A stretch of 63,248 bases of DNA, filler included, from Octopus bimaculoides (Eukaryota), in NCBI RefSeq assembly GCF_001194135.2. It is 5 parts of 5 records of this genome, joined end to end, with 100 filler letters (N's around TTAATTAATTAA, not from the genome) between each part and the next. Parts side by side here need not be neighbours in the genome. Positions count along the whole stretch, not along the records: positions 47,186 to 61,642 come from NC_068993.1; positions 61,743 to 63,248 come from NC_069001.1; 3 more parts are not named here. One strand, 5' to 3'. The notes beneath the pieces are model-generated. The model searched no databases. It was not told the DNA's origin and saw only the letters and a list, made by a program, of their open reading frames with translations. The position numbers and the translations under genes were made by a program. Position 1 is the stretch's first letter; each line of letters opens with the position of its first letter. Shown here piece after piece: positions 50,471-63,248 of the stretch.

Positions 50471-51168
50471 TTAATGTAATTGTATATGTGAGTCATTTTC
50501 TTATTCTTCATTGTTCTTGTTTGTCTTTGTTTCTCATATTTTTTTTGTTGTTGTCGTTGTTTTTGTCTTCAGGTACACAAGCGGGTGATGTGTTTATAAT
50601 TATTTTAGCAAATCCATTCTAGAATAATGATCCGCAGAATTAGACTATTCATTGAAATGCTAAATACGTTTTCACTCGAAATCTAGAAAACAGTAATTAT
50701 TGTTAGAATCCAATTTAAAAATCCCAGTAAAAACACATATTTTGTCTTGGAAAACACAAACACATTTCCATTATTTATTTTTGTTCTCTGCTTTTATTTA
50801 CTCTTTGTTTCATTGGTGGTTTTTAGCGTATTTTATTTGTCAGATCTCGCGTTGTTTTACTTCATTTCCTTATTTCACGCCTTCTTTAATGTTGCTGTCT
50901 TTTATATTCCAAATGATGTATAAATGCATTAGTTACTTAGGTTTCAATTGTAAGCAAAACAAAGTAGAAACTAGTTGTTTTAAGTTTATAATTTGTTGGG
51001 TTTTTTTGTTGTTGTTTTTCTCTATTTCTTAGTCTTCTCTTTTCTATTTCAAGGCGCCATGATTCAAACATGCATAGCAAGTAGAGGAGGATTTAATGTC
51101 AATATCCTAGCAGATATGTGAGGACATAATTATACACCGTTCTTAATATGTATATATAAATATACATG

Positions 51169-51200
<32 letters not shown>

Positions 51201-52767
51201 CATATATATACATATATATATATATATATNNNNNNNNNNNNNNNNNNNNNNNNNNNNNNNNNNNNNNNNNNNNNNNNNNNNNNNNNNNNNNNNNNNNNNN
51301 NNNNNNNNNNNNNNNNNNNNNNNNNNNNNNNNNNNNNNNNNNNNNNNNNNNNNNNNNNNNNNNNNNNNNNNNNNNNNNNNNNNNNNNNNNNNNNNNNNNN
51401 NNNNNNNNNNNNNNNNNNNNNNNNNNNNNNNNNNNNNNNNNNNNNNNNNNNNNNNNNNNNNNNNNNNNNNNNNNNNNNNNNNNNNNNNNNNNNNNNNNNN
51501 NNNNNNNNNNNNNNNNNNATATATATATATATATATATACACGCACACACGGCCATACGCACATACATATACATTGCCTTTCTCTATTTCTCTCTTTCTC
51601 TCTTTTTTTTGCCAAACACAGCACAGATCATTCTATGTAATAACAACTTTGAAGAATAATTAAAAGAATAACGTTTAACATCGAATACTTTCGATTAGAA
51701 ACGTAACACTTACAAAGATATTGCAATTTGCTAAGTTTTTATTCTCTTTTACTTTCTTGCTCGAATCGCCTGTTGTCTTCCGGGGAACAACAGCAAGAAA
51801 AGAAAATAGACGTATTGCAATTAATTCTTAGTAAATATTGATTAATAGTTGAACAGATTCTAGAGATAAATCTTCCCGAGAGTGTATTGTTCTCAATAAA
51901 TATGTGCCAAACTATAGAGCAATGCGTTTAGAGAAATTACTAAAATGTTCCACTTAATAGCTGATAATATTAAACTTTACGTACTCAAGTTCAGTCTATC
52001 TATCGTCAGTGATATTTTTCGCTTATCTTTGTTGAAGCGTTAATGATATTGTAAGTTTCCACTCATTGTGGCAATTGTTGGTGATATCTAATTTTCGTAT
52101 TACACTGTTTCTAGTGATATTTAATCAACACTTTCGCTTTGTGAAGATTCGCTTGTGGTTTCTAGGAGAAATGCATCCAATGTGATTTTCATTTCAGTAT
52201 GATTTGTGATTGACTTATTTGCAATTTCTAGCATTTCAGAGTTCATATACACTATCCATCCTTTTAATTGTTAACTTTCCATTAATATACTGCGGTTTCA
52301 CTTTATGTATTACATTGCATGTTGTTTTATTTGTGCAGTACTGTAAAGTTATCTTGAAATGCATTTAAAACACGGCTCTAACATCTTTCGCAAAAATTTC
52401 GCAGTTATTATTTTCCTCTTATAATGATATTCCATCAATAAACATTCGACATATAATTACACCCGAAGAGAGAGAATCTCAGACAGAAGAATGAAAGGTA
52501 GCCATGCGTTAGCAATTTTGTATTTTCAAGATACCTTTTATTATTAGCAAAATAACACATTGCTTTTCCTCAGATTTACTTCATATCATCCAAACGTTGA
52601 AGTTGAGGTCAACTGCACCATTCTGTTAGGTTGCCTTTACGTACTCTCGTTCACTGATGGTTTCCGTGATGGTAACATAATTATGTGTATATGCGCAAGA
52701 GTATTTCTATGCAACTAGTGAGATAAATGCATTCATATGTGTAATTGCGCAGGTATTTGTGCGTATT

Positions 52768-52813
<46 letters not shown>

Positions 52814-53640
52814 GTTCAATGTATATGGATGCATTTGTCTCCCTATATACACGCAAATATATTTGCACACATACAGACATGTAGCTATGTGAGAACATTC
52901 CTATCTGTCTCTTAGCACATGGGAGTAAGCACGTATATGGTGGAAGCGCAGTGGCTCCAGTATGGGTGGTGAACCCTGCTGTATTCTTTCACCACAACTT
53001 TCTCTCTCTTTTTCTTCCCGTTTCTTTTGTACCTGTATTTTAAAAGGGCCAGACTTGTCTCACTCTGTGTCACATTGAATCTCCACGAGAACTAAGTTAA
53101 GGGTACGCGTGGCTGTGGAGTGCTCGGCCACTTACACGTTAATTTCACGAGCAGGCTGTTCCGTTTATCGGATCAACTGGGACCCGCGTCGTCGTAACTG
53201 ACGGAGTGCCACGACTAGTATATGTATCAACCCTTGTCTGTAATTGACATTATTATTGTCTCCGAGGACAGTAATAGCTTATATGACGTCGTCTTACGCA
53301 CACCACTCATGGTTCTCCCTAGATCTACGTTTATCCTAAGCCTTATGAGTAAATTATCTTGCGTCCAATTAGTTCGTTGAAAGCTGAGATAAAACACTGC
53401 AATCCATGACATAGCTAAGACCGGGGAACGTAGTCTTTGGAAAAGATGAGATCAAACATTATGTTCGACGGCAACATCTCAAATGCTGCTGTTTTACAAG
53501 TAGAAGCTATTTAAAATGTATAATTATAAATCAAATACAAACCTCCCATTTCATCTAATGCTGGATCTCCATCGGATCTGATATCGGATCTCCATCTTTA
53601 ATAAAACACATTTAATTTCGATCTTCCTCTAGAGTATATT

Positions 53641-53857
53641 TACGAGGAGGAGGAGCTGCAAAGTTCCTGCCTTAAGGGCATCGCGAAAGGCTTGGTTGGA
53701 TGTCCAAATTTTCGAGTTCATTTACGGGCCTGAGAAAAGCTAAAGGACCACAGCAATACATGTGTGATCCTGAGAGATGTTAATTAAAATCATAATTAAC
53801 CGATCCAAATATATATTATTTTACCCAAAACCAGGGACTTTTTATCACCATTCATAT
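53641..53857 (+). mobile_element. Mariner-derived MITE, copy 2
   Basis: Starts tacgagg..gctgcaaagttcctg; collinear with 8877-9091. Confidence 0.7.
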
Positions 53858-54859
53858 ATCCAGCTTTTAGCTTTAGAGATCATATGAACTGTAGTATCAT
53901 ATAAAACTTTGATCGCCTATTCTACACCCACTTCACCATTGAAACCGAGGCTTGTAGCACAATGAGTGGACTGAGGCTTTTAAAGTCTAAATGTACTATA
54001 CAATGAATAATGCATAGCACCAATAACACGTAAGGAAACTTCATATATTCTGCTAGTGTTTGCTTCGGCCCGAAGCTAGTCACCCAGCTGCATGACGTAT
54101 TACTAAGTTATTTTAATTTAATATACTTAGTGTTTTCTCAGTGAATATTGTTACTTTAAATATTTATCGAATAGCCTTAATGTTAAAATCAATATTTTTT
54201 TAATACTTATTAGCATTCTCTCGTCACTAACAAAGGAGTAGCTGTATTCAATTGTGCCATATTCCAAGAAATGACATCTGTTAATTATCCTTCCAGCGTT
54301 CTTTTAAATACATGTCTCTATCATAGCGTGATATCTTTACGTGAGGAAGACATTATATGTTTTAAGAAATTATTCTTACTGATAACATATATTATAAATA
54401 TATTATTTCCAATTTTACGTAGTAACTTAAGAGGTTCTACAAAAAAATATATATATAATATATTGGAAATTTGTTAACGATAATTTGTGTTTGAATGTGG
54501 AAATCCTGATTAGTAAACTTCCTTAGGTTTTTAATTAAATAATACTTTTTATGTATTCTGTGTCTTCCATACTAGCCATAATTTTCCATTATGTGTGTAC
54601 AAACAGCTAAATAAATGGCTGTTCGACGGAATAAAGTTAGGGAGTATACATAATGTTGCACGTTCCCAGACTTAACATTTCCAGAGCGTTTAATTATGTA
54701 GGATATTTTCTATCTAAAGCAGCTTTAATTGATGGAAGTCGTGATTCTTTTGTTTGAAACGTCCTTAAAAGCTCTTAGTGAATAACCCAGCTATATCCTA
54801 CCAAACATCCTATAAACTTTATTTTTTGTGGGACCATATTATGAATGGGTACATGTATT

Positions 54860-55556
54860 TTTTTTATTTATTTGGGATCAGCCGCATTTTGCAGTGTTGA
54901 ACATTGTTGAACAAAATAAATTTCTCAGCTTCAGGCACGATCCTGTTTATAAACTGTATTTGGCAGTTACGTGTATTGAGTGATTCACGGCAATCAAACA
55001 TCTGTCCATGATTTTCCACTGGAATAACATAACGAACCCATTTCCCCCATTTTGAAACTTTTCCTAGTTTCTTGAAATGATTATTAATCGTCATAACGCT
55101 AGCATTAAGTTCGGCGGAAGGTCGCTCACTTTCACAGCAGGTAAATTGCAGGAATTGCATGTTGCCTACTGGCATAAAATTTGGAAGGACTTCCTCATGT
55201 AAATTGAAATTGCTATATCTGAATATTTCAGACTCGAAATGCACGTTCGTTCAATTATTGCATCTTAACCATGCGACTGTGGAGCACGTTTGACTGCTAC
55301 CTTTACAATAGAGGGTCGACGAAACTCGTGTAGTAGTATAATGTGATGAATATTTTCTTTGTTTCGTTGCATGATGCTCCTTGGTTCTTTCTGTAGAACA
55401 TCAATATACAAAAATGTGGTTGTCACTCTACGGGAAATCTTCATTAAATGTTTATGCATCAGAAAATGCCATCCGTGGTCATAATTCTTAAGAGCAACAG
55501 TTTTCAAGAAATTTATGCGCGTAATTGCACAGAACTTTCTACAAAATGTGATAATT
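54860..55556 (-). mobile_element. Mariner (Hsmar1/cecropia-like) transposase relic
   Basis: KENIHHIILLHEF, HFKKLGKVSKWGKWV and FINRIVPEAEKFILFNNV match the degenerate LGKVSKLGKWVPH..RIVTGDEKWILYNN pattern. Confidence 0.7.
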
Positions 55557-55859
55557 ATTCCGACATAGAAAGTAAAATTGAAAACAAAGAAACCTAAGCC
55601 ATATTCGAACCTTCTAGATTAAATATCACACAAGGCCAATCCATTCTCACTACTTCTCCATTCTAGAAAAATCTAAGTGTATTATTCATGCACTTCTTTT
55701 TATATTAATATAAGAATTTACGTATCTTTGAATTATGGATTTTTATATTATATTAACAAAATTCCTGTAGTAATTCCGAATTACACTTATTAAATTTCAG
55801 TATAACGATATTTTATGAATGTAGGAGTAGTATGCAAAAGTTTTGTACATTGTATTGTT

Positions 55860-56160
55860 CTAGATAATATTTAAGAAAACATAATTTGAGATTGCGTAGA
55901 CAGTATTATACGTAGGATAGGGGCAGTACCCATGCGCAATATCTTTTGAATTTCTGCCATTTTGGGGTTTCCTGGTAGGAATCAGCCCCTTTGGTATCAT
56001 TCCTAGGGTACCTATGACAATAGATATTGTTTTTGTCTTGTTCCACATTTTGCCAGTGTCTATTTCAAGATCTTTATACTTACTTAGTTTTTGGTAGGCC
56101 TTGACAGATACATTTATGTCGATTGAGGAGGCATTGATATAAGCTTTTAAATACAACGTC
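55860..56160 (-). mobile_element. R4/Dong LINE 3' fragment, same family as 61744
   Basis: KLSKYKDLEIDTGKMWNKTKTISIVIGTLGMIPKG; nucleotide match to the 61744 copy (ggaaaccccaaaatggcagaaattcaaaagat); abuts (TTA)n at about 56180-56239. Confidence 0.8.
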
Positions 56161-56179
56161 TGGCTTATTCGCATTATTA

Positions 56180-56239
<60 letters not shown>

Positions 56240-57981
56240 GTTGTTGTAGTAGCAGTACTAGTTGTAGTAGCAGTTACAGCAGCGGCAGCAATAGTAGTAA
56301 TAGTTGTAGTTGTTGTTGTTGTTGCTGTAGCAATGAAAATATGGAGGTTTTGTCATAATAGCCGTATGGGGTCTCCCCAAAAAATAATCGGAACATAGTC
56401 GTAAATGTATGAACTGAATTCTCACTTGTGAAATTCTTAGGAAACAATGTGTGAACAGAAGAAAGCATGTCATAAACACATAACTTATTATTTCCACTGT
56501 CGTTGGAATCTAATATTGTTGAAAGTATAATCCAAATGTAGAAACAATAAATAAATGTCTAAATAACTAGAAAAAAAAAGTGGAAAGAACAAAAATCAAA
56601 ATACACCTCACAAAGACAAAGTAAAGAGAATAAAGAAAGCGAAGTAAAGAGAGATTGAGAGAGAGAGAGGGAAGGAGGAAGAGAGAAAGACAGAGAGAGA
56701 GAGAGAGACAGACAGCGTGAAATAGGGATAGAAAGAAGTGAGAGAATGAGTGTGAAAGCAAGGGGAGAAACAGTTCGAAACAGAAGGAAGTAAAAATACT
56801 ATTTAGAGTTTTGTTGTCTCTAATAAAGCCAGATAATTTAACAAAATCTTTCTAAGATTAAAGACTCTTTGCGACAAAGTTGATTGAAAAGATATATCCG
56901 GTGTTATTTTAACGTTGAAGAATAAGAACAACAAGAACTAAAACATTAGCAGCAACAGCATCGACAAGAATAGCTGCTCTAACACAATGCTATATTGTTC
57001 TAAGAGATTTTTATGTTTATTTTTTTGTTTTTTTTTTTAAATTTGAGAATGAGTTTCATTATAGTGTATCAATAACCCCTGTGTGTTGATTATGTGTGAT
57101 TTCTTCCGTCGAAAAAAATAGGTTAAATAACAAGAGACTATAGTTTTGTTTTTTTTTTCATTTCAATTCTTCGATAACGAATTCTAATTGAAATGGTCTT
57201 GCATAACGTTTTGTTATTTTATCATTTTATTGTTTGCTTCTATGTGTTGCTTTGTTTGATTGTTTGTTTTTTTTTTTCTTCTTGTATGTGTGTGTTTTGT
57301 TTTACCTTATTACAATTTCAATTAAAAGTTGATCGATTTTATTGTTGATGACTTGGGCATGAGAACTTCATTGAACTATATCGAATTACTATGTTAAATG
57401 TGGTTTGACGTTTGACTGAGAGAAGTAAAACGAAATGAAGCAGCAAATATATGAATTTAGTGGAGTCATAGATTATATACTTGAAGGTAATTCCTTATTC
57501 TCTCCATCGTTTCTTTTCTATTTTACATTATAAACAAAGAAAAAGTAATTACGCATAGTTTTATGGGAATTTAAGTTGAGGTGAGTAAAGCTATTTCAAA
57601 GGAACCTAATTAACATCGAAGTTTGGTTAATATAAAAGGTTTAAACGTTAACACTGACGTAATTTAAATTTCATGCAATGCATAGTTGTAAGAATTTGGT
57701 CAGGTAAAAATAATAAAATAAAAACTCAAAATAATTTATCAGGCAAGCTGACCTTAAATGTCAGTTCAGAATTCTAGAGGATGGTGGATTTTCTTCTGTT
57801 TCTATAGCTTCGAAATATTGTGAAAATTCATCACTTTACCAAAGATAGATCTACACATATATGAATGAGATATTTAACTTGAAACTGTATGCTAACCCGT
57901 CGTAATTTCCTAGAAGATAACGCAGCCCGGTACACTGAACTGTGTTCCTTTGTGAATACACGTATACACGCCTGAGCATGC

Positions 57982-58013
<32 letters not shown>

Positions 58014-58986
58014 AATATTCCACCACTATTATCCAAATGATATCGGTATTATGCTTATAATTCACCGAGGACAAGGCCCTCGTCATGCAATGCGTCCCCT
58101 ACAAAGGTCGGTGTCATATCGCTTTTTGCTTTCGATGTCTGAATATTTCTTAATTTCATGCAGTGTATTAGCTGTATTCAACGTTTGTCTGTTGTTGAGT
58201 ATTCATAAGTTTGTGTCTAACATTGGAGATGTTATTGGCATCCATATTTAGTCTACTAAGTGATTGATTCGTCTACCAGATGTTTTAGAAAACCTTAGTT
58301 TTAGCTCTATTCTCTGGCTTAGTGAAGCAGCGAGGATTGCTTCTCCGACATCTTCATACAGTTGCCTACACCACATCAGTGTTATAGCTTTTGTCAGATT
58401 AGTAATCCCATTCGAAAGTGGGAGCAAATTTGGTATCAGTCGCAATGTTTATAATCCAGGTTTGGTTTCTGCCACAAGATCGGGGACATTTGATGTAACT
58501 GATCACCGATGCAGCATGGAATGTCATGTAATTCTACTGGAAGAGATACGTTTGACTGAGACTGAAGCAATTTCAAACTTTCTCTGGGTTGTTGTTGCTA
58601 TCATTAGTAGTATTATTAATAGGTACTGAACTAGAAGCATTGCTAGATTCCGGAAGAATTGCTTAGCGGTACTTTTTCCGGCTCTCTGAGTCCAAATATC
58701 GCCGAGGTCAACTTCGTCTTCAATTACTCCCGATGTGAGAAGAAGTACCAGTCAAGAATTATGATCGATGATATCGATTAACCTGTACCTCTAAAGCTAT
58801 TATGCTTGTGTCAGAATCACAAACTCTTACAATCTAACTTCATGGTCCTCACAAAACGTCATGGCTTGCCAATGTTTTAAATGCTAGAAAATATTTTAGC
58901 GATGTAGTAATTAAGAATATATAACTATATACTTAAACACAGCCACACACATACAAATGCACATACACACATACACACACACACAC

Positions 58987-59018
<32 letters not shown>

Positions 59019-59570
59019 GAACGCACACACAGATATATACGCATACCTACAAGTGCGTTTAGGTGCGTATGCATATGTCTCTCGATTTTGATATAAAGTA
59101 TAATTTTTAATCAGTTTCATATATAATTAAACATGCAATTATCATGTGTTTGAATTATTTATTACTGGAAATTGCCCACTTCTTAGTTTAGGAATTAATT
59201 AGTGTTTTGTTAATACTCAATTACAAGAAACGTGTCTTTGATGTATAAATTAGCCTAAAAGCACTTGTGTAGACGTTTCAGATGTTGGATACTTAAGTAA
59301 TCACGGGTTCTGATGTTTAAAACGACGAGGTAAACAATAATATATTCATACATACAATAATAAAAAAAAACACTCGTATATACAGGCATAAACTCATGTG
59401 CAAACATATATTGATATGCGTCTTTATGCGAATATGCACGTTGTGTATATGATGCAAGCTAGCTATATGTAAGCTTTTAGTCAACTGCTATAGATTCCAC
59501 TGCCTAGCTAACACTGTTTCGTGCATATTTCCCAATCAGTGATTTCGATGCTACTTTCATGTGGTTCTTG

Positions 59571-59611
<41 letters not shown>

Positions 59612-61580
59612 CGTCGGGTCTGAGTGAGGAAGTCATGAGGGATTCAGAAGTCAGAATGTCGTCCTTTCTACTGATAGAACTAGTGGCAAAATACCTTTGA
59701 AATCTGATGTCACAATTCGCAAACTACTCTTAGAACGTGTGGCCTAATCTTTGCATTCTGACGTACGATTTGTCTGAAATGTAGGTGTAGACATGATAAG
59801 ATGTATTCAATTTTTTGTTTCTTCGATTAGGTCAGATCAGACCCTTTCCGAAAAACACACAAGAATTGAAATTCCAGATTGCCATAACAGAAAAGGCGGA
59901 ACATCATAACATACGTACTCTGTGTAATATAGTTAATTTTGATTTTAACCATTAATAAGTTATACGTTTCGTTTTTATTGTACTCTCCTCCACTACCTGG
60001 AAGTACACAACCTCTTCAATATAGAAACTAATAAAGCTTTTGCTTTATACTCATATATATATATATATANNNNNNNNNNNNNNNNNNNNNNNNNNNNNNN
60101 NNNNNNNNNNNNNNNNNNNNNNNNNNNNNNNNNNNNNNNNNNNNNNNNNNNNNNNNNNNNNNNNNNNNNNNNNNNNNNNNNNNNNNNNNNNNNNNNNNNN
60201 NNNNNNNNNNNNNNNNNNNNNNNNNNNNNNNNNNNNNNNNNNNNNNNNNNNNNNNNNNNNNNNNNNNNNNNNNNNNNNNNNNNNNNNNNNNNNNNNNNNN
60301 NNNNNNNNNNNNNNNNNNNNNNNNNNNNNNNNNNNNNNNNNNNNNNNNNNNNNNNNNNNNNNNNNNNNNNNNNNNNNNNNNNNNNNNNNNNNNNNNNNNN
60401 NNNNNNNNNNNNNNNNNNNNNNNNNNNNNNNNNNNNNNNNNNNNNNNNNNNNNNNNNNNNNNNNNNNNNNNNNNNNNNNNNNNNNNNNNNNNNNNNNNNN
60501 NNNNNNNNNNNNNNNNNNNNNNNNNNNNNNNNNNNNNNNNNNNNNNNNNNNNNNNNNNNNNNNNNNNNNNNNNNNNNNNNNNNNNNNNNNNNNNNNNNNN
60601 NNNNNNNNNNNNNNNNNNNNNNNNNNNNNNNNNNNNNNNNNNNNNNNNNNNNNNNNNNNNNNNNNNNNNNNNNNNNNNNNNNNNNNNNNNNNNNNNNNNN
60701 NNNNNNNNNNNNNNNNNNNNNNNNNNNNNNNNNNNNNNNNNNNNNNNNNNNNNNNNNNNNNNNNNNNNNNNNNNNNNNNNNNNNNNNNNNNNNNNNNNNN
60801 NNNNNNNNNNNNNNNNNNNNNNNNNNNNNNNNNNNNNNNNNNNNNNNNNNNNNNNNNNNNNNNNNNNNNNNNNNNNNNNNNNNNNNNNNNNNNNNNNNNN
60901 NNNNNNNNNNNNNNNNNNNNNNNNNNNNNNNNNNNNNNNNNNNNNNNNNNNNNNNNNNNNNNNNNNNNNNNNNNNNNNNNNNNNNNNNNNNNNNNNNNNN
61001 NNNNNNNNNNNNNNNNNNNNNNNNNNNNNNNNNNACACACGCACACACTCACACACACATATATACGGAGATATAAATACTTTGAAAGCATATTTGCTTC
61101 TAGCCAGAAACAGCGATGGCTCAAACAAAATATTTACTCATTTTGAAGTTTTTGCAAACAAATGACAAAATGATACATCAATTATCATTGCTTTTTCTTT
61201 GTTTTTTTTATATAGTTTTAATGTCAAATGGCTTTGATGGCATCATGTTGCTGCTCCTTCACTTGTCCTTAGTAATTTTGTTATTGATATCGTTTCTATC
61301 GTTGTTGCTGTCGATGAGGTTATTGTCATATTAATATTGTTTTCTAATTAACTGGTTGGAAATCAAAGTAGATTTTGACATTGAGTTTGAATAGCAATAC
61401 TAAGGCAGTCATTTCCTTTGATAGTTTAAAGATATTGTTAAACTTACATAGACGAATACATGTAAAGACACATTACACCCATCATAAAAAAATATCAAAA
61501 GCCCAAAAGACACTCTACTTTCTTCTGTATAAAAACACGCGTACATACATACATGTATGTGCATATACCAATAATTATGC

Positions 61581-61642
<62 letters not shown>

Positions 61643-61742
61643 NNNNNNNNNNNNNNNNNNNNNNNNNNNNNNNNNNNNNNNNNNNNTTAATTAATTAANN
61701 NNNNNNNNNNNNNNNNNNNNNNNNNNNNNNNNNNNNNNNNNN
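61643..61742. other. Synthetic gap spacer
   Basis: 44 N + TTAATTAATTAA + 44 N. Confidence 0.95.
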
Positions 61743-61743
61743 T

Positions 61744-62075
61744 AGGTGCCCTGGGAATGACAGCGAAACGGGCTGATTACTACCTAGCTCAGATACCAGG
61801 AAACCCCAAAATGGCTGAAGTTCAAAAGATAGTGCTCATGGGAACTGCCCATATCCTACGTAAAATACTGTCTATGTGATCTCAAATTTTAAAGCAAACA
61901 CATAATTTTCTTATGGTTTCTTAAACATTCACTTGAACAAAACTGTACAAATCCAAATATATGGTACCCTAGGCATAACACCTACATGAACTTCTAACTT
62001 GTTGTCTCTTGAGGTCTCTGGGTGAGACTTGGATCCAACTTGTACAAATGCAAAACAAAAGTCAAACATAAAATA
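61744..62075 (+). mobile_element. R4/Dong LINE 3' end (RLE C-terminus, 3'UTR, (TAA)n)
   Basis: GALGMTAKRADYYLAQIPGNPKMAEVQKIVLMGTAHILRKILSM* then a UTR ending in aataataataat. Confidence 0.8.
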
Positions 62076-62589
62076 ATAATAATAATAACCGCTTTGCCAT
62101 GTGGCTAGCAGTGCAACGTCAAAGAAACTTAGTTAAAAATTTCTTCTTTCACTATTTCTTTTTTCCTTAACCACTTGAGCATGTCCCTTAGGGGCTAATG
62201 ATATGTGCATCTTTTATCACGAGCAGAGGAATTATTTGGGATTTGAATAACTCACCTTTGAAAGGAATTCTTTGGGGTTTGTATAACTCACCTTTGGAAA
62301 CATGGGTGTTTTATTCAAAATCCTTAAACAACCCTTATTCAGGGATATTTTGAAAGGGATGGGCTACTCGACCTGAAGAAATTGGGCCCCAACTGCAAGG
62401 TCATGCGCTGTTTATCTTGATATGAGATCACTATGTAGCGCACATATGGTTGTGATGCTTGTGTACCCTCATTAGACGGGTAGTCATGATGGGTATACTG
62501 GGCATCGTATATTTTACTCCAGTGTCATTTTGAAGGCATGCACTGCTCTGTCACTCAATAATATTTTAATTGTTTTATGCGCCCTTTTA

Positions 62590-62882
62590 AATCCTAGCTA
62601 GGCTCATCGGCCCAGTTTCTCGGTTTCTTTGGCGTACGTGTCCCCCCCCCTCCAGCTGGACGGGACGCCAGTCCATCGCAGCATTATTCAAGAGACAGCA
62701 AGAAAGAGTGAGAGAAAGATGGGGTGAAAGAGTACAACAGGGGTCACCACCACCCCCTGCTGGAGCCTCGTGGAGCTCTAGGTGCTTTCGCTCAATAAAC
62801 ACAAACAATGCCCGGTCTGGGAATTGAAACCGCGATCCTCCGACCGCGAGTCCGCTGTCCTAACCACTGTGCCATTGCGCCT
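62590..62882 (-). mobile_element. SINE family D head with an alternative 3' module
   Basis: Head matches 38241, then continues ctgcgatggactggcgtcccgtccag. Confidence 0.8.
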
Positions 62883-62909
62883 CTACCAATAGTAATAATA
62901 ATAATAATA

Positions 62910-63248
62910 AAATGTGCCAAAGCAACCCTGAAAAGAGGAAAATTAGTTAAAAGTAGCAACATAACACTAGATAAAGCCAATGAAATAAAAGAACTAGACG
63001 AAAGCCAAACATACAAATATTTAGGAGTCAATGAACTAGATAGGATACAACATACACAAATGAAAGAAAAAATAAAGAAAGAGTACTATAGATGAGTTAG
63101 ATCAATACTAAAAACAGAGCTCAATGCTAAAAACAAGATAATGGGTATCAACACTTTAGCTGTCCCAGTTATAAGCTACAGCTACAACATCCTTAACTGG
63201 ACACTATACGAACTATGTAAAATAGACAGGAAAACAAGAAAAATAATG
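62910..63248 (+). mobile_element. R4/Dong-clade LINE, RT C-terminal fragment running off the window
   Basis: KCAK..RGKL..YKYLGVNE..I.H..MKEKIKKEYYR*VRSILKTELNAKNKIMGINTLAVPVISYS..NW..L..IDRKTRK; single TGA at 63093-63095; preceded by (TAA)n. Confidence 0.85.

Noticed and set aside
57851-58036. DNSG tetrapeptide that might be the missing PANK4 phosphatase motif
   Set aside because: Lies upstream of the gene, lacks the flanking IFA/xDxILG context and runs into (TA)n.

Overview
AT-rich, microsatellite-saturated, gap-ridden eukaryotic scaffold; the repeat families and simple-repeat load look like an octopod cephalopod (inference, not verified). One protein-coding gene is clearly supported: a PANK4 ortholog on the minus strand, 13 GT-AG coding exons from 41140 down to 26863 (1843 nt, 614 codons, all phases compatible). 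It encodes the full pantothenate-kinase domain and the first part of the DUF89/ARMT1-like phosphatase domain. The remaining 3' exons (RPWLxD, DNSG, EGMGR motifs) were not found in the called bases; a synthetic 100-bp gap spacer lies about 95 bp after exon 13. Top observations: the kinase keeps the catalytic Glu but has Trp at the catalytic Arg site (the substitution seen in amniote pseudokinase PANK4) plus other active-site changes, suggesting convergent inactivation; and Penelope-type minimal hammerhead ribozyme motifs sit in two introns. The rest is tRNA-derived SINEs (three or more modular families), R4/Dong and CRE LINE fragments, mariner/maT/Tc1 relics and several MITEs. Nearly all long ORFs in the supplied track are artefacts of N runs and simple repeats. 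No CRISPR, rRNA or genuine tRNA gene was seen. All homology calls come from my own translation and recall; no database search was run, and repeat boundaries are approximate unless TSD/TIR coordinates are given.
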